DNA of 64,000 nucleotides from Candidatus Kaiserbacteria bacterium. Its GTDB lineage: Bacteria; Patescibacteriota; Minisyncoccia; Phycocordibacterales; UBA2100. The stretch is taken from NCBI GenBank assembly GCA_016186765.1, contig JACPLD010000002.1, positions 35,272 through 99,271 of the forward strand, given 5' to 3'. Positions 8,730 through 17,261 of the stretch are shown here, in pieces. A program made the position numbers and the translations under genes. The notes beneath the pieces were generated by a model, which worked only from the letters and a program-made list of their open reading frames with translations, was not told where the DNA came from and did no database searches. Every line of letters starts with the position of its first letter. The first letter of the stretch is position 1.

Positions 8730-9857
8730 CTATGCGCTTCGCAGCGCGAGTCCGATAGCCGTCGCAAACTGCAGCGACGCGCGACGCTCGATTGGAGGGA
8801 TATACTCATCGAACGAGCAGACGTTACGCCACACGCTCGGCCGCACGACCTCAACCTGAACGCGCGCCGCGAGATAGTCCCCAAGACCTTTGAGATTTCC
8901 GCTGCCGCCGAGGAGAAAAACTTGCTCGAGCGGCGTCAGCCGGTCGCCCCGTTCACTCCGACGTGTATCCCAGTAGTGAAAGTGGCGCACAACCTCGTCC
9001 GCAAGTGCGGAAGTAGTTCCAGTTATCGCCTCAAGCCCGGCCGAGCTCTTGCCATTGTGCGCAAGCAGTCCTTCCTCATTCTTGAATGTTGTGGCTGCCT
9101 CCGGCGTGAGTGCGAGTTTTTCGGAGAGAACATAATCGATGCTTCCGCCGCCAACGGCAACCGTCGAGGTGAAAATGGGGATGCCGCGCTTCAAGACCGC
9201 GAGCCCTGTGCGCAGCTCACCAAAATCGACTATGAGTGTGATAGGTTCGTTTCTTTCCGTGCTCGAAACAGCTCGTGCGATCGAGCGCGCCTCGACTTCG
9301 AGTGAGAGGAGTTCTATACCCGCTGCAGAAAATACAGAAGCATAGTGCTCGGCAAGCTCCTGGGGGAAAACGGTGACGCCGATCTCCATGTCCGCCTCGC
9401 CCCGCGCGATAACATCGAAATCGTACACGGCTTCGGCAGGCGCGATGGGAACCCGGTCCTGCAGCTCAAACTCGATCATAGAACACACGTGCCCGCGCGA
9501 GGAAACCTCAGGCACCTGCATGCTGAAGACGTAGGCCGATTCCTCGGGAAGCGCCGCGTGGGCACACTCGACACCCATCTTGTCTTTGAGGGTCCTCAAG
9601 ACCTCCGCAAGCGCAGGAGCATCTTCAACGACGCCGTTTACGACAATGCCGCTCTGAAGCGGTTCGCGGCCGAATGCTTGCACCTCCTTTCCTATGGCCC
9701 CGTCGTGAAGCACGATCCACTTTATGGAGGCGTCGGAAATGTCGATACCAGCCGCTCTCGGCAGCAGCAGGTGCGGCCGAGGGAACCATCTCGAAAGCGT
9801 GCGCGTCGCCGCGCTTGCGCCCTCAGATATAAACGCCGCTGGTGCCAGTATCCCCAT
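8730..9857 (-). CDS. pilM: Type IV pilus assembly ATPase-like protein PilM (actin/FtsA fold)
   Basis: GIDISDASIKWIVL... and ...LLGGSGNLKGLGDYL, a 375-aa actin-like fold. Confidence 0.7.
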   Translation of the reverse strand: MGILAPAAFISEGASAATRTLSRWFPRPHLLLPRAAGIDISDASIKWIVLHDGAIGKEVQAFGREPLQSGIVVNGVVEDAPALAEVLRTLKDKMGVECAHAALPEESAYVFSMQVPEVSSRGHVCSMIEFELQDRVPIAPAEAVYDFDVIARGEADMEIGVTVFPQELAEHYASVFSAAGIELLSLEVEARSIARAVSSTERNEPITLIVDFGELRTGLAVLKRGIPIFTSTVAVGGGSIDYVLSEKLALTPEAATTFKNEEGLLAHNGKSSAGLEAITGTTSALADEVVRHFHYWDTRRSERGDRLTPLEQVFLLGGSGNLKGLGDYLAARVQVEVVRPSVWRNVCSFDEYIPPIERRASLQFATAIGLALRSA

Positions 9858-9894
9858 TCAACGCCAAGTATACCCTAGAGTGAGCAGCTTATAC

Positions 9895-10293
9895 CTACCT
9901 CATGGGATGAATCGCGTCGCCGCGCATATCCAAGTAGCGCTGCAAAATTATCGTGGCAGCCGCGCTATCGTCATGGGGTCTTCCTTCGGGCGCAAACCGC
10001 GAGGCCTCCTTCGAACTTCCCGCCTCCCTCGCGACGGCGACAGGCAATCCCGTCTCCTTTTTCAATTTCTCAATAAAGGCGTCGGCATCTTTCGTGACAG
10101 GATTTTCCCCACCGCCAAAAGAACGCGTATCACCAACGACGATCGCTTCAATTTTCTCTTTTGTGATAACCTCTCGCAGTACCACAAGAAGCTCCGCGCT
10201 GTTTTCGAGAACTCCACGCGGAAAGGCGATACCTTCGCTCGATACTGAAAGTCCGATGCGCCTCGTGCCGTAGTCGATGCCGAGATACCTCAT
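9895..10293 (-). CDS. ruvX: Putative pre-16S rRNA nuclease / Holliday-junction resolvase YqgF (RuvX)
   Basis: MRYLGIDYGTRRIGLSVS start motif. Confidence 0.75.
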   Translation of the reverse strand: MRYLGIDYGTRRIGLSVSSEGIAFPRGVLENSAELLVVLREVITKEKIEAIVVGDTRSFGGGENPVTKDADAFIEKLKKETGLPVAVAREAGSSKEASRFAPEGRPHDDSAAATIILQRYLDMRGDAIHPMR

Positions 10294-10324
10294 GCAGGAA
10301 GTATGAAGTATGACGTGTGGAGTA

Positions 10325-10738
10325 TCAACGCTGCTCGAGTTTCGAGGTTTTGTACACATCAGGCCGGTGAGGTTTGAGACGAACTACCCTCACCAAAAGC
10401 TCTGCTTCCTCAAGGTCTTTTTCCAAATGATCAACGTACTCTCCGTGCTGGTCATACCCAAGCGCGATGACATCGGGTTTCTCTTCCACAATGTGACGCA
10501 CGTACCCTACCTCGTCGCCAAGCACGGCTTTATCGACCAAGGGATGCGCGGCAACGGTCGCGAGTCGCTCACTTTCATGGTGGCGCGGCGAAGAACCTTT
10601 GATGCGCACTGCAACAAGATCGCGCGCGACAGATGCGATAAGGTACGGCTCTTTTGCGAGAGCGCGCGCCTGCACGAAAAAGTGCTCATGCCCCGCGTGC
10701 AAGACGTCGAAGGTGCCGAACACCATGATGCGCGTCAT
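10325..10738 (-). CDS. Archaeal-type FAD synthase (FMN adenylyltransferase, RibL-like cytidylyltransferase fold)
   Basis: [10 protein letters not shown] nucleotidyltransferase motif plus DKAVLGD and [11 protein letters not shown], which are close to the RibL pattern. Confidence 0.55.
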   Translation of the reverse strand: MTRIMVFGTFDVLHAGHEHFFVQARALAKEPYLIASVARDLVAVRIKGSSPRHHESERLATVAAHPLVDKAVLGDEVGYVRHIVEEKPDVIALGYDQHGEYVDHLEKDLEEAELLVRVVRLKPHRPDVYKTSKLEQR

Positions 10739-10814
10739 AGCTCAATAATACAAAAAGAATGCCAGCGATACGCGCTGGCTCGGCCACTCTCGAGTACCTG
10801 AGTGGAAGGCTCCC

Positions 10815-11960
10815 TCATCGAATAGGCTCGTACCCGGCCGGCTTCGTGTGCTTCCCGAGGACGACCTGGCAGAGAGAGATGTGTTCTCCCGCGAAGAGTC
10901 CTTCGGACGCGGCGAGGTAGTACGTCCATGTGCGGTAGAACAACCGATCGTAGATGCCTCGTTTGTTGGGCTTGCCCTCGAAGCGAGGCCATGCTGCGAC
11001 GAAGTTCTCCCGCCAGAAGCGCAGAGTTCGAGCGTAGTCCTTCCCGAGCTCATGCCAGTCCCAGGGGAAGAAGAGCCCGCGAATGGCTCTTTCGATCTGG
11101 GAGCGCGCCGGCAGGATCCCGTACGGGAAGATGTACTTGTTGATCCAACGGTCCGCCGCACGTCCCACAATAGTGTGGAGAAGGAAGATGCCGTCGCCTT
11201 TCAAGCACCGGTACATGCACTGCATGAACGCTCGGTAGAATGCCGCGCCCACATGCTCAAACATGCCCACCGAGACGATCCTGTCGAAAGGCCGGTAGTG
11301 CTTGCACACGTCGCGGTAGTCCATGACGCGGATTTCAACCGGCAGTCTGGCACAGATTTCGCGTGCGTACGTAGCCTGCTCTTCGGAGAGCGTGACTGCT
11401 ACAACACTCACATTGAACTGCTCCGCGAGGAATCGCGCGAGTGTGCCGAAGCCACAGCCAACATCGAGCACGCGCATGCCCGGCTTGAGCTCAAGCTTTA
11501 AACCGATGAGACACATCTTGTCTTTTTGTGCCGATGTCAGCTCCCTCGCGCCCCAGCCGAAGTATGCGCAGGAATACTGCATTGTCTCCCCGAGCTTTGC
11601 TTTGTAGAACTCGTTGTCGAGGTCGTAATGCTCCGTAGCTGCGACACGCGCCCGGAGCCGCGTCTGCAGTTTCAACCTGCGGCTTAGGTGGAAGGGGTAG
11701 GCAATCAAACGCGCAAGGATGCCTGGCCCTACAGTTTTCACCCGCCGAATGCACTCCGGCAAGTCTTTCGTGTCCCAGGTACCTCTCTGATATTCTTCGC
11801 CAAAAGCGAGTGAACCCCAGAAAAGCACTCGGTAGAATAGCTGCGGGTCGCGAACCTCTATATCCCACGGCCGCGAACCGTTCAGAATGATATCGGCTCT
11901 TGCAAGCCGCCTCTGCGCCCACCTTTCAAGGAGACGCGTGAGGAACGGTATTTTCTTCAT
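10815..11960 (-). CDS. cfa: Cyclopropane-fatty-acyl-phospholipid synthase family SAM methyltransferase
   Basis: VLDVGCGFGTLARFLAE SAM motif, FEHVG, and CFA-synthase-like termini. Confidence 0.7.
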   Translation of the reverse strand: MKKIPFLTRLLERWAQRRLARADIILNGSRPWDIEVRDPQLFYRVLFWGSLAFGEEYQRGTWDTKDLPECIRRVKTVGPGILARLIAYPFHLSRRLKLQTRLRARVAATEHYDLDNEFYKAKLGETMQYSCAYFGWGARELTSAQKDKMCLIGLKLELKPGMRVLDVGCGFGTLARFLAEQFNVSVVAVTLSEEQATYAREICARLPVEIRVMDYRDVCKHYRPFDRIVSVGMFEHVGAAFYRAFMQCMYRCLKGDGIFLLHTIVGRAADRWINKYIFPYGILPARSQIERAIRGLFFPWDWHELGKDYARTLRFWRENFVAAWPRFEGKPNKRGIYDRLFYRTWTYYLAASEGLFAGEHISLCQVVLGKHTKPAGYEPIR

Positions 11961-12024
11961 GTGTGCTCTCCCTGAATGTAGAAGACTAGAAAAGACCTGC
12001 CCACGCTAGAGGCTAGGCGAATTT

Positions 12025-12393
12025 CTATGGCGAGTCAACCTTTCTGGCACGAAAATAGTTTCGGACAGCCTTGGTATCTTTTGCGATCGCGGCACGAAGG
12101 GTATCATCGTTTTCGAACGATTCGCTCTCACGGATTTTCTTGCACAGTTCTATTGAGATTTCTTTTCCATAGAGATTGGGCGCTGCATCGAGTAGGTGGG
12201 CTTCCAGTAGCTTCCTTTCCTGATCTGCAAACGCCGCGGCAAGATACTCTCTGCCATCGAGGAGAACCCGAGCAGCATATATTCCCGAGACACTCGAGTT
12301 GTCGAGCGAAATATTCACCGTGGGATATCCTAGGGCAGCCGCCCGTTTTTTTCCTTTTTGCACGATGCCTATGTGGGACCGAGAGTTATCCAC
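12025..12393 (-). CDS. Monofunctional riboflavin kinase (RibF C-terminal-domain type)
   Basis: GIVQKGKKRAAALGYPTVNI and flavokinase motifs; 122 aa with no FMNAT domain. Confidence 0.6.
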   Translation of the reverse strand: MDNSRSHIGIVQKGKKRAAALGYPTVNISLDNSSVSGIYAARVLLDGREYLAAAFADQERKLLEAHLLDAAPNLYGKEISIELCKKIRESESFENDDTLRAAIAKDTKAVRNYFRARKVDSP

Positions 12394-12461
12394 AGTCTAG
12401 AAATCATATCACGACTCCGGAAAGCAAAATGGGTTAAGATTGGTGTATTGGCAGAACTGGT

Positions 12462-13472
12462 ATGTCTAAATTGCATTCTCGCATATGTTTTCCTGCAGGG
12501 CGACAAAGAATATTCCTGCAAAAAGTCCTAAAAACAATGAAGATGACAGGCCAGGTGTGCGCGAAACAACTTGGCGTACACCCCCGGACATTTTCTGATT
12601 GGAGGCGCGAAGAATATTCTCTACCGCTCCCGATATTCAAAAAAATCATCAGGAAATCTGGACTCTCAGTCACGAATGTCGAAATACGGGAACCTCAGTG
12701 GCATCTTGAGGAAGCATCGGTAAAGGGAGGCTTCGCTCACTACAAAAAGTACGGATCAGTCTCTATTGACGAGGATCTTCGTAAGGAGCGTTGGCGCACT
12801 TGGTGGGAGAGCGAAGGCAGGTTCAAACAGTCAAATTGGTTTAGGACAAGACCCGTGCGGAAACCGATCCCCAATACGGCGTTGGCAGAATTTGTGGGTA
12901 TTGTTATAGGTGACGGCGGAATAACCAATCGACAAGTTACGATTACTTTGAACAGTGAAACGGATCATGAGTATTCTCAATTCGTAAGCGGCCTAGTGAC
13001 GAGATTGTTTAAAGTACCTGTCAGTAAAATAATGCGAAAAGGCGACATCGCCGTACGTTTAACCTGTTCTCGAACAGAAATGGTACGCATATGCATTGGT
13101 ATTGGCCTCAAGAAAGGAAACAAGCTGAAGCAAAATCTCGACATTCCTCTTTGGATAATGCGAAATCCACAATATGCAAGGGCATGCCTACGCGGACTCA
13201 TGGATACTGATGGTTGCATCTTCAATGAATGCCATAACATTCGCGGGAAGCGGTACTGCTATCCTCGATTGTCATTGGTAAGCGCCTCGGAGCAGCTTCG
13301 CCATTCAGTAAAAAGAATTTTGCACGAACATGGATTCTCGCCTACACTGCGGAATGCAAGAAGCGTCAACTTGGAACGTCGCGAGGATATCGTTCGATAC
13401 TTCCGAAAAATAGGAAGTAATAATCTGAAACACATTCGACGCTTCGAACAATTTACAGGAGGGGTCGGATAA
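12462..13472 (+). CDS. Free-standing LAGLIDADG homing endonuclease (double motif) with an N-terminal HTH
   Basis: LAEFVGIVIGDGGI and LRGLMDTDGCIF motifs. The stop codon lies inside the first 15 nt of tRNA-Ser. Confidence 0.7.
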   Translation: MSKLHSRICFPAGRQRIFLQKVLKTMKMTGQVCAKQLGVHPRTFSDWRREEYSLPLPIFKKIIRKSGLSVTNVEIREPQWHLEEASVKGGFAHYKKYGSVSIDEDLRKERWRTWWESEGRFKQSNWFRTRPVRKPIPNTALAEFVGIVIGDGGITNRQVTITLNSETDHEYSQFVSGLVTRLFKVPVSKIMRKGDIAVRLTCSRTEMVRICIGIGLKKGNKLKQNLDIPLWIMRNPQYARACLRGLMDTDGCIFNECHNIRGKRYCYPRLSLVSASEQLRHSVKRILHEHGFSPTLRNARSVNLERREDIVRYFRKIGSNNLKHIRRFEQFTGGVG

Positions 13473-13539
13473 TGGTATTCCACTAGTCTTGAAAACTAGC
13501 GCCCGCAAGGGCTTGTGAGTTCGAATCTCACCCCCTCCG
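13458..13539 (+). tRNA. tRNA-Ser (anticodon TGA), class II
   Basis: GGAGGGG acceptor, loop CTTGAAA, long V-arm CGCCCGCAAGGGC, GTGAGTTCGAATCTCAC T-arm, and G73. Confidence 0.7.
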
Positions 13540-13594
13540 CAGCTATTCACAGCCCCTCCCGAGAGAGCTTGCGCCCAGTGTACAATGCCTTTAT

Positions 13595-13999
13595 ATGAAA
13601 CACAGGGGTTTTACGCTTATTGAGTTACTCGTCGTTATCGCTATTATCGGCCTGCTTGCATCGATCGTCGTCGCTTCGCTTGCTTCCGTGCAGGGAAAAG
13701 GGCGCGACGCGCGCCGTGTTGCAGACATCGACGCTCTAAAGAAAGGGCTCACGATCTACTCGATCGACAAAGGCTCATTCCCGATCGCGACAGCAACGAC
13801 AACGCTCGCGGCAACCTCGACAGTTGGCGCGGCGCTCATCAGCTCGGATTCAATGACGACAATCCCGACTGATCCGAACGGCTCGCAATACTACTACGTG
13901 TCAAATTCGACGGGGACTACCTACAACATCAACTTCTGTCTTGAAACGAACTCCATCAAAGGATTCGCACAGGGCTGCAACAACTACGTGAGACCCTAA
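13595..13999 (+). CDS. Type IV pilin / pseudopilin (prepilin N-terminal methylation motif)
   Basis: M.HRGFTLIELLVVIAIIGLLA is the class III signal peptide. Confidence 0.75.
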   Translation: MKHRGFTLIELLVVIAIIGLLASIVVASLASVQGKGRDARRVADIDALKKGLTIYSIDKGSFPIATATTTLAATSTVGAALISSDSMTTIPTDPNGSQYYYVSNSTGTTYNINFCLETNSIKGFAQGCNNYVRP

Positions 14000-14116
14000 C
14001 AGTTAAGCTCCAAACACCAAGAAACAAATTCCAAACGATACCGGTTTGGAATTTAGGTTTTGAGTATTGAACATTGTTTGGTTATTGCGTCTTGTGATTT
14101 GGGATATTATTGGGAC

Positions 14117-14587
14117 ATGCCTCAATCATCCATTCCCATCCGCTGGAGAGCGTACGAGCATGAGCACATCGAACGCGGTGGCGACTGGTACTGGGCACTC
14201 GGAATCTTTGCCGGAGCCGTGGCACTCATTAGCGTGCTCCTTGGCAATATACTCTTTGGTATTGTCATCCTCGTTGCCGCCGGCACGCTTGCCATGCTTG
14301 CCTCCTCACCGCCGCCATTAGTCGAATTCGAGCTCTCTGATCGGGGCATCAAAATCGGCGATACGATGCACCGCTACGAGGACATCATCTCGTTTTGGGT
14401 CGAGGATCACGACGCCGATCCGCCCATTCTTCTCGTTGATACTACCAAGTGGCTTTCCCCCAATCTTGTGATCCCTCTCGAGGATGTCGACCCGAAGCAC
14501 GTGCGTGCATACCTCGTGGAGCGTGCGAGCGAAGTGCCGATGAAAGAGCCCGTGTGGCACAAAATCCTCGAGGCCTTCGGACTCTAA
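14117..14587 (+). CDS. Hypothetical membrane protein
   Basis: Two TM helices; the start at MPQSSIPIRW is chosen over the upstream extension. Confidence 0.4.
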   Translation: MPQSSIPIRWRAYEHEHIERGGDWYWALGIFAGAVALISVLLGNILFGIVILVAAGTLAMLASSPPPLVEFELSDRGIKIGDTMHRYEDIISFWVEDHDADPPILLVDTTKWLSPNLVIPLEDVDPKHVRAYLVERASEVPMKEPVWHKILEAFGL

Positions 14588-14595
14588 AACAGGAA

Positions 14596-14673
14596 CTAGC
14601 CAATAGCCAATAGAGTTTAGGGAACACAAAGATTCCCATGAGGATCTCCCCTAGTGGCTATACCCTAGTGGCT
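14596..14673. repeat. About 80-nt palindromic intergenic element (CCAATAGCCAATAG ... CTAGTGGCTA ... CTAGTGGCT)
   Basis: Shares its arms and a GGGTTTAGGG core, in inverted orientation, with 48039-48124. It sits between two convergent gene ends, in a terminator position. Confidence 0.7.
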
Positions 14674-14675
14674 CA

Positions 14676-16550
14676 TTACTGAACGGTGACGATCGTGCTC
14701 GCCTGCCGCGTGCCGCCGCCGATCGTTACGCACTTGAGAACGAATGTTGCAGCAGAGGAGAGCGGTGGTGTGACGACTGCGCCATTCACGTTCGTCGCAT
14801 TTTTATTCTGCTCGGTAAAGCTCGGCAGGTCGGGACTCGAAATGACGCACGACTGCATCCCCGAGGTAACCCATCCAATTGCCGAAGTTGTGCCAGAGAA
14901 CACCGTCTTTGGATTCGTGATAAGTACGATCCCGGGTTTTGCGACCTGTATGCTGCAATCCTTCGATACGTTCCTGCCCTCATCGGTACACGTGAGACCA
15001 TAGGTCGCGACGTTCGTACCCAATGGAGGATTCGCGATGGTGACAGTGGTCGAGCCAGTCTGCGCGCCGTTCGTCTGGAAGCCAGAGCCAGAACTCGTGC
15101 CTGAGGAGCAGGAATAGGTGATCGCTATCGTCATTCCGACATCAGCGATCTGCGGCTGGCACGAGAGCTGTGCGGTGAGCGACGTGCCGCCACTGCCCGT
15201 CGGCACGCACTGCCAGCCGACGACACATGAGTTGTTTTGCCCGCCGTAGGTCGGCTTCCACGTTCCGTCTTGGCACGGTTGCTGCGGTTGCACGGGCGCC
15301 GGCGGACAATTTTGCCCTTGCTGAGGCGGGGGAGCACACTTATTGCTCCCTGAACCGGAGCCCCCGAACAATCCGAACAGTCCCGAGCTTCTGGAATCTC
15401 CCGACCCTTGAGCACAGCCGTACTGGCAGTATTGCACGGGGGTGTCAACGCACTGATTGTTACGAGAGTACAATGTGTTGCCTTGACAGATCGTCTGCCC
15501 ACCGTAGCACGTTCCTGGCGGACGCGGCATCTGGTTCCCCGGCGGAGGCTGCCCTCCAAGACCCTGCGGCATCCCTCCTCCACCTCCCGGCCCTCCTGGA
15601 GGAGGAAACGTTGACGGCGACGGCGGAGGAGGAGGGGGTGGTCCAGGCGGGGGTGGAGGTGGTGTATTACCATCACCACCCGGCGGATTCTCGAGAGCAC
15701 TCAATTTCTTCTGATTCTCTCTCAACTGAGCAAGACGGCTCTGAAGTTTTTCCAACCCTTCCTGTGCTTGGTCAAGATTTTCTTGCGTGTCGTCCCTGTC
15801 GTTATACTGTTTATCGCATGGAACGCCACCTGTATCACCGACACATTTGGCGAGCTTGTCAAGGGCTGCTTCGTAGGCTTCGCGAGATTCTTTGACGGCC
15901 GTTTCTTGATCTTTGATTTTCGACTCGACATCTTCAATCTCGCCGTCGAGGACTTTCTGCAGGGCATCCTGGGTCGCCTTATCAAGCGTGCCCTGCGAAC
16001 CGAGAGCGTCCGTGAGGTCTTTACTTAGCTCAGGCGATTTCTCTAATATCTTCTTGATCTCTTCCGCACTCAATGGCTTGCCGTTCTCGTCAAAAAATTC
16101 GTTCTGGCATTCACCCTTTTTTACATTGGGGTTCGGGATTGATTGTATCTCACCAGTTCCATCACGCTTGAGGACCACTTTGGAGTCCATGCCGGAACAC
16201 TCCTTCGCGCCATAAAAGTAACTCACGCACCTGTTTGCTTCAACCGTTTCGCCTTTCCCTAGTTTCGTTGTTGCACTACCAGCAATAACAATCTGATTAG
16301 GTTTTGTTGCTTTGCTCTTCAGCCCACTGCATATCTTTTCTATTTCCTTGCTGAGCTTTTCCTGTTCGGCTTTCGCAGACCCCTCCGTAGGAGACGCCGC
16401 AACTGCAACCTGCGTGTCACCTGCTACCGAAGAAAGCGGTGGGGTGGCGAGCTCGAAGGTAGCAACAGCTCCTGCGCCGAGCATGAGGGCAACCACGAGC
16501 GCACCAAGGACAGACACGCCACGCTCTCCCGCATGCGGGGATTTGCTCAT
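14676..16550 (-). CDS. Secreted Cys-rich, poly-proline protein (paralogue A), probably a surface protein
   Basis: Signal peptide, coiled coil, PPPPPPGPPPPPPPSPSTFPPPGGPGGGG, many Cys pairs, and a C-terminal domain shared with 22031-23419. Confidence 0.65.
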   Translation of the reverse strand: MSKSPHAGERGVSVLGALVVALMLGAGAVATFELATPPLSSVAGDTQVAVAASPTEGSAKAEQEKLSKEIEKICSGLKSKATKPNQIVIAGSATTKLGKGETVEANRCVSYFYGAKECSGMDSKVVLKRDGTGEIQSIPNPNVKKGECQNEFFDENGKPLSAEEIKKILEKSPELSKDLTDALGSQGTLDKATQDALQKVLDGEIEDVESKIKDQETAVKESREAYEAALDKLAKCVGDTGGVPCDKQYNDRDDTQENLDQAQEGLEKLQSRLAQLRENQKKLSALENPPGGDGNTPPPPPPGPPPPPPPSPSTFPPPGGPGGGGGMPQGLGGQPPPGNQMPRPPGTCYGGQTICQGNTLYSRNNQCVDTPVQYCQYGCAQGSGDSRSSGLFGLFGGSGSGSNKCAPPPQQGQNCPPAPVQPQQPCQDGTWKPTYGGQNNSCVVGWQCVPTGSGGTSLTAQLSCQPQIADVGMTIAITYSCSSGTSSGSGFQTNGAQTGSTTVTIANPPLGTNVATYGLTCTDEGRNVSKDCSIQVAKPGIVLITNPKTVFSGTTSAIGWVTSGMQSCVISSPDLPSFTEQNKNATNVNGAVVTPPLSSAATFVLKCVTIGGGTRQASTIVTVQ

Positions 16551-16767
16551 GCCTCAATGATACTCCCTCGATGAAGAGGCCCGCGTGTCAATGTGGAAAA
16601 GCAACGTATTTCATACCCTCGGCAGGAATCTCCCTCACCTCTCGGCTCGCCGTCACTCGCCTCGGGCTGGGCACCGTCTCGCGGTTGCGCGTGCTCGCGC
16701 AACATCGCTCCGGCGTTCGATTCCGCACGCACGATGCCTGAGCATCGTGCTCTCGGGTCGTTAGCAC

Positions 16768-16839
16768 TCCCCTCGGCAGGAATCGAACCCACATTACATC
16801 CTCCGCAAGGATGCGTCCTATCCATTGAACGACGAGGGG
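16768..16839 (-). tRNA. tRNA-Arg (anticodon GCG)
   Basis: CCCCTCG/CGAGGGG acceptor, loop TTGCGGA. The T-stem has two G.U pairs, so this could be degenerate. Confidence 0.55.
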
Positions 16840-16867
16840 GAATAGCAACAGCGTAATTGAAGTTGCT

Positions 16868-17134
16868 CTATGTCGCAATCGCGCGGATCCGCTGCGTGGT
16901 GCGCGACTTCATTCGAGCCGCCGCATTTTTCTTGATAGTCCCGCCTTTCGCGGCTTTGTCGAGCGCTTGGTAGAGCTGAGGTAGCATCGCCTGCGCCTCT
17001 TTTTCCTTCTTCGCGTCGATCAGCTTCCCGATCTGCTTGACGGCATCTTTCATCGCCTTCTTGCGGCGCTCATTGAAAACGTGGCGCCGTTTTGCCGCAC
17101 GCTCTGCCTTTTTTGCCGATGACGTCTTAGCCAC
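16868..17134 (-). CDS. rpsT: 30S ribosomal protein S20
   Basis: MAKTSSAKKAERAAKRR...A.NK..KS. Confidence 0.8.
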   Translation of the reverse strand: MAKTSSAKKAERAAKRRHVFNERRKKAMKDAVKQIGKLIDAKKEKEAQAMLPQLYQALDKAAKGGTIKKNAAARMKSRTTQRIRAIAT

Positions 17135-17261
17135 AGTCGTGAAATCCTACCCGAAGTGCTTACGATATGCAATCGCGGCCTGCCCCGTTGCAAAACACAC
17201 AGAGTCGAGCGCTACCATGCCGTTCCGTAGCAGAAGTTTTGCTGCGGGGTATGATACTAAA

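Noticed and set aside
10848-11501. Plus-strand 217-aa ORF
   Set aside because: Antisense to the cfa-like methyltransferase, with no motifs.
13458-13539. The idea that the LAGLIDADG genes are intron-encoded within tRNA genes
   Set aside because: Both tRNAs (Ser, Lys) are contiguous and fold completely without an intervening sequence. The HE genes abut the tRNAs and do not interrupt them.
16551-16767. Cluster of overlapping ORFs 16547-16878 on both strands
   Set aside because: Intergenic promoter region between the secreted-protein gene and tRNA-Arg; no consistent frame.
17037-17261. Upstream extension of ruvA
   Set aside because: RuvA proteins begin MIGRI...; the extension overlaps rpsT on the opposite strand.
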